A stretch of DNA of 64,000 bases. It comes from an uncultured Pirellulaceae bacterium (GTDB lineage: Bacteria; Planctomycetota; Planctomycetia; Pirellulales; Pirellulaceae). The notes beneath the pieces are model-generated. The model was not told the DNA's origin. It ran no database searches and saw only the letters and a list, made by a program, of their open reading frames with translations. Positions 39,601 through 49,026 of this stretch are shown in pieces. The DNA lies in the NCBI GenBank assembly GCA_964479855.1, contig CAYZPA010000011.1, forward strand, positions 15,406 to 79,405, read 5' to 3'. The number at the start of each line of letters is the position of its first letter. Positions within the stretch are counted from its first letter, which is position 1. The translations under genes and the position numbers were made by a program.

Positions 39601-42587
39601 TCTGGCCTCTCTCTTGGTTTGCCAAGCGGAAAGTCCAGCGTTTGCTCAAGACTTATGCCGACACCGGCTCCCAGTTCGCGGATCCCAGCACGGACTTGAA
39701 GGCGATCCGACAGCTTCGTGAATCCAATGAAGCGATTGGCGAAAACCTGCTCAACGGCGAGTCGCGGCATTGGAATGGTGTTGACTCAGATGTCGCGAGC
39801 ATGGGCAAACAGATTGAACTGGCAAAGAAGCTGCGGGCTTCCATCAAACAGGTCGGAGCCGCAGGAGCGTCGACTAACGCAATTTCCAAAGCGATCCATC
39901 CGTTCATCAATGGCAAGTCAGGTGACAGCGAGCTGTTCAAAAACGCGTCTGAGTATTTGCAACGTCTAAGCAGCTTTTACAGTGCGGTCAAAGCTTTCGC
40001 CAAAGCTGCTGGGTCAATGCCAGTCGGTAAACAGACAACAGACGTGTGCCAATCGACTCAAAGCACGACCGCCAGCGTTCTTGAGAATCGCACGTTTCTT
40101 AAACGCTGGACGATGTGGTGCGGGACTAAGGCGAAAGCCAAGGCGCTCGGACTTTCACCGTTGGTAAAGCTAATCGAATCCAAGAGTATTCCCTGTTCTG
40201 AGGCCGAGCAGCGATTCGAAGCCGGCTATGCTGACTGGTTCATTCCGCGCCTGATCGACCGAACACCGATCCTTCAGCAGTTCGAATCGACCTCGCATGA
40301 AAATGTCATCAAAGAATTCAATGAGCTTGATTTGCAGGCGCGTCGCCTCGCCTCAGTGCAGTCTCGAAAAGGCATTTCTCATAAACTGCCTTCACCAGAA
40401 TCGGTAGCGAAAACGTCTGAGCTGGGGACGTTGCGTCATCAAATGCAATTGAAACGCCCAAGCAAATCAATTCGTGACGTCGTAACCAGTATGCCGGAAT
40501 CGTTTCGAAAGCTCGCGCCTTGTCTCCTGATGTCGCCGCTTTCGATCGCTCAGTACCTTCCCGCAATCCAAGCGCCATTCGACGTTGTTATCTTTGACGA
40601 GGCTTCCCAGATTCCGACTTGGGATGCGATCGGTGCGATTGCGCGTGGACGACAGACCGTGATTGTAGGCGACCCCAAACAACTGCCTCCGACGAATTTC
40701 TTTGGTAAGTCCGAAGATGATGAGTTTGATGAAGAGCTGGAAGACCACGAGAAGGACTTGGAAAGCATTCTTGACGAAGCCTTGGCATCCGGGCTTCCAG
40801 AGTTGACGCTGAACTGGCACTATCGAAGCCGTCACGAATCACTGATTGCGTTCTCCAACTACAAGTACTATCGCAACGAGTTAATTACTTTCCCGGCAGC
40901 TGAAGACGACGAAAAAGGAGTCTCGCTGACGAAAGTTCCCGATGCCGTTTACGATATGGGGAAAAGCAGAACAAATCGTGCCGAGGCGGAAGCGATCGTC
41001 GATGATGCCGTCAAACGGATGAAAGCCAATCTCGATCAACCCGCTGCGAAGCGGTTAACTTTTGGTGTCATTACATTCAACATTCAGCAACAAACGTTGA
41101 TTCAGGATCTGTTCGAAGCTGCGATCAGAAAGTCACCTGAGATTGAGTGGTTTTTCAGCGATTCAAGAATCGAACCAACCGTCGTCAAGAATCTGGAGAA
41201 CGTTCAAGGAGATGAACGGGACGTGATGTATTTCTCGATTACCTTTGGACCGACCGCGACCAACCCGCGAATCAGTTTGAACTTTGGCGCATTGAATCGG
41301 GACGGTGGCGAGCGAAGACTGAACGTTGCCGTGACGCGAGCCCGTCAGCAGATGTTGGTGTACAGTAGTTTCACATCCGACCAACTCGATGCGTCACGGT
41401 CAAAATCGGTAGGTTTGAATCACTTGAAACAGTTTCTCGATTTCGCCGAGTCGGGTGGTGAAAAACCGTTGGGCGGACAAACCGAGGACAGTGTCGGAGG
41501 ATTCGACTCGCCGTTTGAGCAGTCTGTCGCTGAAGCACTGGAATTGCGTGGCTGGCAGGTGCTGCCTCAAATTGGAGTTTCCGGGTTCCGTATTGACCTC
41601 GGGGTTCGTCACCCAGACAAACCCGGAGCTTACCTTGCCGGTGTTGAATGCGATGGTGCCACGTATCATCGAAGTGCTGCCGCTCGTGACCGAGACAAGA
41701 CAAGGCAATTGGTTTTGGAGGGGCTTGGGTGGAGCATCCTAAGGGTCTGGTCGCCGGACTGGTGGTACGCACGCGAGGAAGTTATTCGCAAACTAGACGA
41801 ACAGTTGACGGAGATTCTTGAGGCTGATCGAAGTGCAGTGGACGCGGATGAAAGTGAAGCCGAATTGGATGAAGTCGCGTCGGAAATCCTTGACGACACC
41901 GATAGTGATTCGGATTTCGGCGAAGAACTTAAAGAAACGGTGCTGTTGGACGAAAGCGAAAGCTCTTTCGAACCTCCTGACGCAAAGCAAGAGGCTCAAC
42001 TTGCACATCACACGCCAGAACAGACTAAAGATTCGCCATCGACGAAGGTTTCCATTGAAAAGGAAATCTACACGATCGTCGAGCTTGGCGATCTCTCAGC
42101 CGCTGCTGGTCGTTTTCATGACGACGACTACCGGGAGACGATACGCACTATGTCGCAGAACATACTCAACCTTCAAGGACCAATCCGGGAAGATGTATTG
42201 GCGAGTCAAATCGCAAGAGCTCATGGTTTCAAGCGGACAGGCGCGAAGATTCGTGACCATGTTCTCAATCAAATCAAAGGCTGTCCTGCGACGGACGAAA
42301 GCAGCGGACGATTCCTTTGGTCTTGGGATCAAACGATTGAGCCAAGTATTCCGTTTCGCTATCCCTCGAGTGAGAATCTTGATAGCAAAGGCTGCCGAAG
42401 CGTGGCGGAGATCTCAATCGCTGAACTTTGCGGGCTTGTTCAATCGAACTTTGCGGCGATGGAGAACGCAGACGACTCAGTCGTATTTCTTGCACGCGAG
42501 ATCGGTATCGGAAGAGTAAGTCAGACAGCCCGAACGAGAATTGCTGATGCGATTGAACGAGCTAGAGAACTGAGGAATGAAGCTTGA
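36633..42587 (+). CDS. Hhe-like giant SF1 helicase-nuclease (transglutaminase-like + DUF4011 + SF1 helicase + Vsr-like nuclease + DUF3320); putative anti-phage defence protein
   Basis: ATCLDSTLL...GHCFAG; RWQRKLLDLTLRNRLLNF; GPPGTGKSQT; FDEASQ; VGDPKQLPP; HYRS; ENVQGDERD; RRLNVAVTRAR; FDSPFE..RIDLGV..VECDGATYH..LGWSILRVWS; GPIREDVLASQIARAHGFKRTG. Confidence 0.88.
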   Translation: MNSPQFEILPESASTISYAGWQNSVPLITELTVKNHSPDPISGLKLNLTTSSGFLKSKTWTIDRLLAGDDLQLSDCTVELDPGYLDGLNEAEKSQFSFELTQGTTSLATATVDVRVLAREEWGGMNQGGELLAAFVMPNDPVVAKILKSAAKVLERHGHSTALDGYQSGDPKRSYLLVTSIWNAICGLKLTYANPPKSFEQVGQKTRTPQTVLDQGLATCLDSTLLFAAAIEAVGLNPVIVMTDGHCFAGAWLVERTLSQVVEPEPSELRKAIARHELITFETTLVTHSPPSRFENAVRTAKAATKESKEHEFVAAIDIARARMAQIVPLASHSSKNHDATSDAANEIDAEFLPLAAPPELSLPASVSEEKPATARGRIDRWQRKLLDLTLRNRLLNFRPTQQSIPIVCDNIANLEDLLAADQRLRLISLPDQNPIGDRDPELHRQKTNHDIDVEFARQALTRKEVACVLSTDQLDKRLTTIYRAVRNDMAEGGSNTLFLAVGFLRWRQKPGDIKTYRAPLLLIPVKLTRKSSQSPFYLRMHEDEARFNATLLQLLKQDFGKDLSSFESNLPADDSGVDVPLILSQVRAHVRDMTGFEVVDECALGRFSFAKYLLWRDLVDRTDQLKNNRVVKHLLDNPDKGFDSGGGALPRPMDIDHHYDPSEIFHPLDADSSQLAAVMAVAEGKDLVLIGPPGTGKSQTIANMIAQCLANGKTVLFVAEKTAALDVVHRRLRQHGLGDCCVELHSNKAERKKFLSQLQQNWKTNRRVKDNDWVSVSKRLKVHRDTLNQYVAAIHAVNPNGWSAFRAFGVSSLSFNETKPKFAWPDTVRHDKDAFNKLTSTAKAIGVSFDAIGDSEPLTIIRATEWSMKWEGELIASTETLRTTSEELESALSSFNNSLGRPDVNDASVAQLDELKLLAKILLESSSEDVRVLFHKQFSKFPDALRDLEASIELESNARTVLKGTYDENLNEVPVDELDVQWRAATAKFWPLSWFAKRKVQRLLKTYADTGSQFADPSTDLKAIRQLRESNEAIGENLLNGESRHWNGVDSDVASMGKQIELAKKLRASIKQVGAAGASTNAISKAIHPFINGKSGDSELFKNASEYLQRLSSFYSAVKAFAKAAGSMPVGKQTTDVCQSTQSTTASVLENRTFLKRWTMWCGTKAKAKALGLSPLVKLIESKSIPCSEAEQRFEAGYADWFIPRLIDRTPILQQFESTSHENVIKEFNELDLQARRLASVQSRKGISHKLPSPESVAKTSELGTLRHQMQLKRPSKSIRDVVTSMPESFRKLAPCLLMSPLSIAQYLPAIQAPFDVVIFDEASQIPTWDAIGAIARGRQTVIVGDPKQLPPTNFFGKSEDDEFDEELEDHEKDLESILDEALASGLPELTLNWHYRSRHESLIAFSNYKYYRNELITFPAAEDDEKGVSLTKVPDAVYDMGKSRTNRAEAEAIVDDAVKRMKANLDQPAAKRLTFGVITFNIQQQTLIQDLFEAAIRKSPEIEWFFSDSRIEPTVVKNLENVQGDERDVMYFSITFGPTATNPRISLNFGALNRDGGERRLNVAVTRARQQMLVYSSFTSDQLDASRSKSVGLNHLKQFLDFAESGGEKPLGGQTEDSVGGFDSPFEQSVAEALELRGWQVLPQIGVSGFRIDLGVRHPDKPGAYLAGVECDGATYHRSAAARDRDKTRQLVLEGLGWSILRVWSPDWWYAREEVIRKLDEQLTEILEADRSAVDADESEAELDEVASEILDDTDSDSDFGEELKETVLLDESESSFEPPDAKQEAQLAHHTPEQTKDSPSTKVSIEKEIYTIVELGDLSAAAGRFHDDDYRETIRTMSQNILNLQGPIREDVLASQIARAHGFKRTGAKIRDHVLNQIKGCPATDESSGRFLWSWDQTIEPSIPFRYPSSENLDSKGCRSVAEISIAELCGLVQSNFAAMENADDSVVFLAREIGIGRVSQTARTRIADAIERARELRNEA

Positions 42588-43069
42588 ACACGGAACAACA
42601 CAACTTTCTACAAGACCGTAATCTGTCGACTGACATGCTTTTTGCTCTTTCGTCCCTGATCGACGGTAGCAAGATGCGTTACCACAACCGCTCATACAAG
42701 GCTTTGCATCGCCGTGGCCTCGTGACCGAAGATTTCTTGGTCACCCCGGAAGGTTTGTCAGTGTACGCGGCCTATTGTCAATTGGGACCCAGCGTACCCG
42801 AGTTGATGGAGGAGCATCGGCAAAACTACGATGGCTTGCTGGCTACTCAAACATTGATAAACACCTGTCCCACCTGCGGCCAGTTTACCTTTCTTGAACA
42901 TGCACCTATTGAACCTACAAACCCCAAACCACTCGCGACCTCAATTGCAACAGTCGACGAAATAGATCACGCTGACCCCGAACTAAGAAGAATTGTCGAT
43001 TGCTGGCCGAACTTGCCTGTTGAACTTCGCAAGTTGATAGCAGAAACCGCAACTAGGATCGCCCAGTGA
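42584..43069 (+). CDS. Hypothetical protein, translationally coupled to the helicase gene
   Basis: TTG start overlaps the helicase TGA (TTGA). wHTH-like ALHRRGLVTEDFLVTPEG, CPTC, C-terminal DPELRRIVDCWPNLP motif. Confidence 0.55.
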   Translation: MNTEQHNFLQDRNLSTDMLFALSSLIDGSKMRYHNRSYKALHRRGLVTEDFLVTPEGLSVYAAYCQLGPSVPELMEEHRQNYDGLLATQTLINTCPTCGQFTFLEHAPIEPTNPKPLATSIATVDEIDHADPELRRIVDCWPNLPVELRKLIAETATRIAQ

Positions 43070-43242
43070 GGTCGTAGCTTTTGCCCTTAAAGGCTGACTT
43101 CTCGTCAAATGAGCTTGATAAGTGCGAAAAGTTTTTGACATGGAGCAGCGGCATGAATTGCTACCACTGCTTCGGCATCGACAAAAACGGAAAAATCGTT
43201 CTCATGGTTGACGGGCAGCCATAATGCAAAACAGAACCAACC

Positions 43243-44061
43243 TCATCGCGACTCTGGATCTTTGAGATTGAAATTCTTGCTTTGGTTGAAGAATTCTCGT
43301 GGGTTGTCGAAAACGATTTTCTTGATCATGGACTCGGCATGGCCACGACGACGCATCTCGAATACCAAATCGGGAACCGCAGTCGGCTTCGAAGGTCCCC
43401 AGTCCCCGGCTGAATTCACGCAAAGCCTTTCCGTTCCGACCATCTCGATAATGTCGACCGCTCTCGCAGGCGTGCACTTGGTCACGGGATACAAAGTCAT
43501 ACCCGCCCAGTAGCCCGCATCAATGACGGCCTTCACCGTGTGCTCTTCGACGTGATCGACCAACACGCGTGAGCGATCGATCGTCGAATGATCGGCCAGC
43601 ATGTCGATAATCATTCGAGTCCCTTGAAATTTGTCCTCAAGGTGAGGCGTATGAATCAGGATCTGTTGATCGTGCTTGACCGCCAGTTGCACATGTTCCT
43701 GAAAAATCGTCGCTTCGTTGGGCGTGTTCTTGTTCAGCCCAATCTCACCAATTCCAAGAACGTTTTCGCATTCCAAAAACTCGGGAATCATGGCGATCAC
43801 TTCCCGAGACAACTCTACGTTTTCGGCTTCTTTGGCGTTAATGCAAAGCCACGTAAAGTGTTCGATTCCGTATTGGGCCGCCCGGGCAGGTTCGACTTCG
43901 GTCAACTGACGAAAGTAATCCCGAAAACCATCCACTGTGCCACGATCGAAACCAGCCCAAAAAGCGGGCTCGCTGATCGCAACGCATCCCATCCTCGAAA
44001 GCGTGGCGTAGTCGTCAGTGGTGCGAGACACCATGTGGATGTGCGGGTCGATGTAGTACAT
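43243..44061 (-). CDS. TatD-family metallohydrolase (EboB-like)
   Basis: MYYIDPHIHMVSRTTDDY, EPAFWAG, GIGEIGL, IHTPH, DHVEE, NSAGDWG. Confidence 0.88.
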   Translation of the reverse strand: MYYIDPHIHMVSRTTDDYATLSRMGCVAISEPAFWAGFDRGTVDGFRDYFRQLTEVEPARAAQYGIEHFTWLCINAKEAENVELSREVIAMIPEFLECENVLGIGEIGLNKNTPNEATIFQEHVQLAVKHDQQILIHTPHLEDKFQGTRMIIDMLADHSTIDRSRVLVDHVEEHTVKAVIDAGYWAGMTLYPVTKCTPARAVDIIEMVGTERLCVNSAGDWGPSKPTAVPDLVFEMRRRGHAESMIKKIVFDNPREFFNQSKNFNLKDPESR

Positions 44062-44104
44062 GAAGCAGCGCCGGGATGTCGCGAACAATCGTTAAGTTAA
44101 AAAT

Positions 44105-44368
44105 CTACTGTACCGTGCTGGTCGGATCCAAAGCAAACTTTTCCTTCCAGTTCTCGTCATACTGTCGCGAAAACAGAAGCTGGATTTTCTCGGCACGATG
44201 CATTTCATCCGAAAGCGCGATTTGCAGAGCATCTGTAAGCTGAATCATTCTCGGATCCTCCGAGACATCAACATCGGCACGCTGAATTCGATCCAGCGAA
44301 GAAGCAACATCGAGAATCCGGGAACGAATGTCCAGGAATTCACGATCCAGTATTTGTTTGGCGTCCAT
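44105..44368 (-). CDS. Small helical hypothetical protein
   Basis: 87-aa ORF (ILDREFLDIRSRILDVASSLDRI...RAEKIQLLFSRQYD), co-oriented with the TatD gene. Confidence 0.75.
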   Translation of the reverse strand: MDAKQILDREFLDIRSRILDVASSLDRIQRADVDVSEDPRMIQLTDALQIALSDEMHRAEKIQLLFSRQYDENWKEKFALDPTSTVQ

Positions 44369-44462
44369 AGCTTCACCTAAAATTTAATGACCATTCCATA
44401 ATACTCTGACAAGCACGAAAAAGAACAGGTGACATTCTGCCGCTGGCACGGATAATGAACGC

Positions 44463-45395
44463 ATGCTCCAACACCGATCCAAACCATCCATCACCTTCCA
44501 GCGTTTGCAACTTGTAGTCTGCGTGTTATCGGTGATCGCTGTTTGCCCGTGGTTAAACACCAACAGAGCTTGTGCTCACATTTATGATCGAGGACACATC
44601 GAACGCACTCTGGACATGATTATTCGAGGCACCGAGATTGAAGTTCGATACTCGATTGGCTTGTCGGACGAAACGATGTTGGATCTGATGATCGATTCTG
44701 ATTCCATCGACGATGCCGACATCAAAAGGTATCAAATCGAGATCGACAAACTGCTGCAGGCCGAAAAAGATTCTCCAACGGACGATACTGCATCTGCCGA
44801 ACCGCTAGATTTTCAAACAGAATTACTCAAAAAGTTCAGTGAAACGGTTGGCAAACAACTGGGCCAAAACTTGATCCTGACGGCAAACAGTAATTCGGTC
44901 GAATTTGCATCGCAGACGCTATCGCTTTCGCCACGCAATCACGTCGCCCTAGAAGTTGTCCTGCGAGGAAGCCTGAAAGACAAAGAAGCCTGCGAGCTTC
45001 AATTGGTCGATCGAAACTTTCTCACCCGCGTCGAAAATGCGGATGACATAGCTGCAGAAACAGCCTCTGACGCTGCGGGTTCGCCCTCCGGCAAAACGGG
45101 ATCTCAATCCGACGCACCGGAATCGTCGAAGAAGATAACGCTGACGGATCGCTTAGATTCCGATTCGCAGACTCCAGCTAACCCCAAGGATCGTCCTTAC
45201 AAATACAATGGTGCGATTCGGCTTGCGTGTCGGACAAAAGGCGAAGCGGTTTTGCTGAACTCAAGTGTCGCGCCCGTTATGGCGCGAGCGAAACCGATCG
45301 TACTTGACGAACTTTCCAACCGGAAACGAATGACCGCCACACGGATTCAGGCGAAGATCGTGTTCACAAAGGCAAACGCTGCCGATCGAAAGTAG
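44463..45395 (+). CDS. Hypothetical exported protein
   Basis: Signal peptide ending ACA-H; 310 aa. Confidence 0.7.
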   Translation: MLQHRSKPSITFQRLQLVVCVLSVIAVCPWLNTNRACAHIYDRGHIERTLDMIIRGTEIEVRYSIGLSDETMLDLMIDSDSIDDADIKRYQIEIDKLLQAEKDSPTDDTASAEPLDFQTELLKKFSETVGKQLGQNLILTANSNSVEFASQTLSLSPRNHVALEVVLRGSLKDKEACELQLVDRNFLTRVENADDIAAETASDAAGSPSGKTGSQSDAPESSKKITLTDRLDSDSQTPANPKDRPYKYNGAIRLACRTKGEAVLLNSSVAPVMARAKPIVLDELSNRKRMTATRIQAKIVFTKANAADRK

Positions 45396-45544
45396 AACAT
45401 CCGGCAGGCAAGTGGAACTCGCAGCAACGAAGTGGAATTCGCGTTAATCTTGTACGTTTTCAATAAATCCCTATTATTACGCGATTCGAAGTCCTGCCGT
45501 TTTCGACTCCGATTCATTCCTTCAGCTCTCCCAAGTAACTCAAC

Positions 45545-46216
45545 ATGGCCCGGACGATTGCAATCGGCGACATCCACGGTTGCGGCATCGCGTTAAACCA
45601 ATTGCTACGCTCAATCGAGCCCACCGGTGAAGATACGATCGTCACATTGGGCGACTATGTGGATCGTGGAATGGGATCTTCGCAAGTTATCGAAACGCTG
45701 ATCGACCTGATCACTCGCTGCAAACTGGTGCCACTGATTGGCAACCATGAGATCATGATGTTCAAGGGACTGCAGAATGGCGGAAAGGATCTTGAGTTCT
45801 GGATGATGCACGGAGGCCAGGCGACGGTCGCCAGCTATGGAGGTCGCCTGCAAAACATTCCTCAGGACCATTTGACGTTCATTAGCCACTGTCTGCGTTA
45901 CCATGAAACGGACACGCATTTCTTTGTCCACGCGTGCTACGACGCATTCGTTCCACTGAACGAGCAACCCGATCAGGTCATTTTTTGGCAGCACGTTCTG
46001 GAATTTCCTCCTGAGCCGCACATGAACAACAAAACCGCAATCGTCGGCCACACTCCTCAAAATGACGGTGAAATCAGGGACTGCGGTCACTTAAAAATCA
46101 TTGACACCTATTGCTACGGCGATCAATGGTTAACGGCCCTGGAAGTCGAAACTGGCATGGTCTGGCAAGCAAACGAACGCGGCGAAGTTCGCACGGCTCA
46201 ACTGCCGAAAACTTAG
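45545..46216 (+). CDS. Metallophosphoesterase (PphA-like Ser/Thr phosphatase family)
   Basis: IGDIHG, LGDYVDRG, GNHE, FVHA, VGHTP, IDT. Confidence 0.93.
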   Translation: MARTIAIGDIHGCGIALNQLLRSIEPTGEDTIVTLGDYVDRGMGSSQVIETLIDLITRCKLVPLIGNHEIMMFKGLQNGGKDLEFWMMHGGQATVASYGGRLQNIPQDHLTFISHCLRYHETDTHFFVHACYDAFVPLNEQPDQVIFWQHVLEFPPEPHMNNKTAIVGHTPQNDGEIRDCGHLKIIDTYCYGDQWLTALEVETGMVWQANERGEVRTAQLPKT

Positions 46217-46247
46217 CGGATTGAGCCCCGGTTACCAATGGCCACTT

Positions 46248-47090
46248 TTATAGTCGAGCCAGATGAAATTCGAATTCGGCACGGTCATCGGCATCCAAAT
46301 TTTCGATCAACATCGCGTTTCGGACCGCCGTCTCTCGACAGCTCCAATACCCTTCGCCGGGGATTCGATCAAGCAATTCTTTCAGTAGCTTAACGACCGA
46401 CAAGACCGACTCGGGCTCTTCATTCGCTCGTTGCACCAACGCAATTGCGGCAGCATCGACGCTCCAGTCCAGTGGTCCCTGCAGAATTTTAGCCACCAGA
46501 GATTCTTCGACGGGCACGTTATTTTTCATCTCCGCCCAAACGGCCAGCTGAGCAGCAGCAATTTGAATACGTTGCAGCCAAACACAAGGATCCGAGTCCG
46601 ATCGAACGGCTGGCGGATGCACCATGACCGAGAGCAACGCCTTCACGTCTTCAGCTCGAATACTGACCGACAGAAGGCGAGCCATCTCCCAGTTTTTTGC
46701 GTAGTCCCAATCTGCAGAGGCGATGTCTGCCGACATCTCAACCAAAATACCGGGCGGTTTCGAAACAGCAGCGTACGGTCGCCCAAGTCGATATTTCCAG
46801 AGCCGAAAATTCGCTTTCGTCTTTCGAGGGTCCGGTTGAGGAACTTTTGCAAACCGACGCATGAATTTTAGCTTGCGATTACACTGCTCAAGCATCAGTC
46901 GAATTGCAACGTCGACCGAAGGAGCCTCCAATTGCTCCAAAGAAAGCGTCATCGAATTACCGGCTCGATTTTCCAAAATCGGTTCTTTCAATTGCGACAA
47001 AGCAACGGCAGTCGCATCGCCCGCAAGAGGCAGAAACCCCAAAAAGGGTTTGGGCTTTCCCCAACCAAACAGCTTTCCCTTCCAAGGCAT
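46248..47090 (-). CDS. Hypothetical protein
   Basis: Long ORF directly downstream of the acidic TPR-like gene; likely ATG at 47090. Confidence 0.6.
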   Translation of the reverse strand: MPWKGKLFGWGKPKPFLGFLPLAGDATAVALSQLKEPILENRAGNSMTLSLEQLEAPSVDVAIRLMLEQCNRKLKFMRRFAKVPQPDPRKTKANFRLWKYRLGRPYAAVSKPPGILVEMSADIASADWDYAKNWEMARLLSVSIRAEDVKALLSVMVHPPAVRSDSDPCVWLQRIQIAAAQLAVWAEMKNNVPVEESLVAKILQGPLDWSVDAAAIALVQRANEEPESVLSVVKLLKELLDRIPGEGYWSCRETAVRNAMLIENLDADDRAEFEFHLARL

Positions 47091-47101
47091 ATTGCGTGCT
47101 C

Positions 47102-48694
47102 CTAAACCTGAATGGAAGGTTCGAGTAAGGGAGCATTCGGGCAATCACATCGCTGCCCGCCGTCCATAAAGTCGAGGTGTCTTTGAATGATTTGTTGCTC
47201 GACGTTCGCTGTTTTAAACATCGCCTCAGCTCGCAGCAAAACTTTTCGTGAAGCCATAAAGTTGCCTTCGTGACAGAGCAGCACCCCTAACGACAAAATC
47301 GATTGGGCGAATCGGTCTTGTTGCCGATATTTTTTGGCGACGCCAGCAGCTATCCGAAAGAGACGTTCTGCATCGTCGTTTCGAGCCAGCGAGGCGTAAA
47401 GCTCTGCACACTGGTGGAGGCCATCGAATTGAATGGCGGGAAATTTGTGAGCCTTGGCTTGTTTGATAACCAATCGATACTGGTTCACGGCTTCGCGGTA
47501 GCGATCAGTTTCCCAATAGAGTTTCGCCAAACGCAACATCACATTGAGAGCGGATTCCTTCTGTCCAGCTTTTTTGAAGTGAAGCATTTCATCGCGTAGC
47601 TGCTCCACCTTGTCCGCAATGGGATCAATAACAATGTTCGATATTTCCGAGTCATCGTCTGCTTCCATCGTTGTGTCTGTATGTACATTCAAGGCCTCGT
47701 TGGAATCGTTATCGGATTCCGCAACGGCATCTTCGCTGTCATGAGCCAGTTCGCAAGACGATTCAGTTTCAACGTCGGCGTCAATTTGTGATACAGCTTC
47801 GATCGATGGTTCTATCTCATTCGGCCGCTGAAAATAATTTGATGGATCAGAATTATTTGATCGTTCAGAATCATTTGATAGATCAGAAATATCCGGTAGA
47901 TCAGAATGATTCAACGGATCATCGTTAGCAGATTTTGGAAGCTTAAAGGCGGGCTCAGCTTCCGATCCGGTATCGCTATCGGTTTCAAACGCGCGTTCCA
48001 TTTCAGATGAAAGATCGAGCGTCGCTGTCGAATCGGCTTCTGTTGTCGGTTCAACTTCGACTGGCGGTTCAACTTCTGCTGGCGGTTGGGCGACTGCGAG
48101 TGGCTCCACCTCCAAGTCTTGCTCGCTCTCTATGTCGGTACCAAGCTCTGCCGAAGGAAACTGAGTCTCAGCCAAAGTCTCGAATTCTTTGGAGGCTTCA
48201 AGTTCGCTGGAAAGTTCATGCTCGTTTGAAGGTTCAGCCTCAGAAAGCTCGCAATCATCCGACTTCAATTCAACCGTAGTCTGCAACTCGATGTCCGAAG
48301 ACCGTTCTTTGATCGCCGCAGAAAGTTGCTGTGAGAGAAAATCTTCGCTGCCAAGTCGCCCCTCAACGAATGAGCCCACATCAACAAGCACTTTCAGGGA
48401 AACTTCGTTCGCACAGGACTCGTCACAAGAAACGGCAGAGCGAACCAGATCAGAAATAAGCTCCTCAGGCAGGTCATCCAAATCCGCGAAAGGATTGACA
48501 GGCCGCCCAGCAGCACGACTTGAAATTGCGAACAAAACCAACGCCTCAGCAACTTCGCTCTCGCCGTGCTCCCAAAATTCGTCAACGCAACGCTCTGCAG
48601 CAACGCTGGCTTCGTCGAACTGCCGGTCGTCAAATAACGCTTGGGCGTCGACGAGCAGATTTGAATTAGCAGGGAGGAATGTCATGCGACACAC
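47102..48694 (-). CDS. Acidic low-complexity protein with TPR-like helical ends
   Basis: E/D/S-rich central linker with 6-aa tandem units; C-terminal TPR-like repeats (LAKLYWETDRYREA, AELYASLARNDDA, LGVLLCHEGNF). Confidence 0.7.
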   Translation of the reverse strand: MCRMTFLPANSNLLVDAQALFDDRQFDEASVAAERCVDEFWEHGESEVAEALVLFAISSRAAGRPVNPFADLDDLPEELISDLVRSAVSCDESCANEVSLKVLVDVGSFVEGRLGSEDFLSQQLSAAIKERSSDIELQTTVELKSDDCELSEAEPSNEHELSSELEASKEFETLAETQFPSAELGTDIESEQDLEVEPLAVAQPPAEVEPPVEVEPTTEADSTATLDLSSEMERAFETDSDTGSEAEPAFKLPKSANDDPLNHSDLPDISDLSNDSERSNNSDPSNYFQRPNEIEPSIEAVSQIDADVETESSCELAHDSEDAVAESDNDSNEALNVHTDTTMEADDDSEISNIVIDPIADKVEQLRDEMLHFKKAGQKESALNVMLRLAKLYWETDRYREAVNQYRLVIKQAKAHKFPAIQFDGLHQCAELYASLARNDDAERLFRIAAGVAKKYRQQDRFAQSILSLGVLLCHEGNFMASRKVLLRAEAMFKTANVEQQIIQRHLDFMDGGQRCDCPNAPLLEPSIQV

Positions 48695-49026
48695 ATTCAG
48701 TTTCGAAATCTTGTGGATCCAAACCGTACCTCAAAGATAACAGTGCCTCCGCGTATCGGGTAGGCTTTCGTTGCCGCATTGCACGCAAATCGTGCATGAA
48801 ACCGTATTCTAACACCTCATTGCACTAAATTTTCAGCCAACCCGTATTATTTACGAGGCGTCAGCGTCAAAATGGCGAAGGCTTGTTTCAGTTGGGTATT
48901 GTTCAAATTCGGTTGTTTCAACGTTTCAACCACGACGTGAAATGGAACAATTCGCAAAACTTGTTGCCACCGCAGACGAATTGCCTCAAAGAGAAAACAA
49001 GACGCCTCATCGTGAATCATTCCGGA

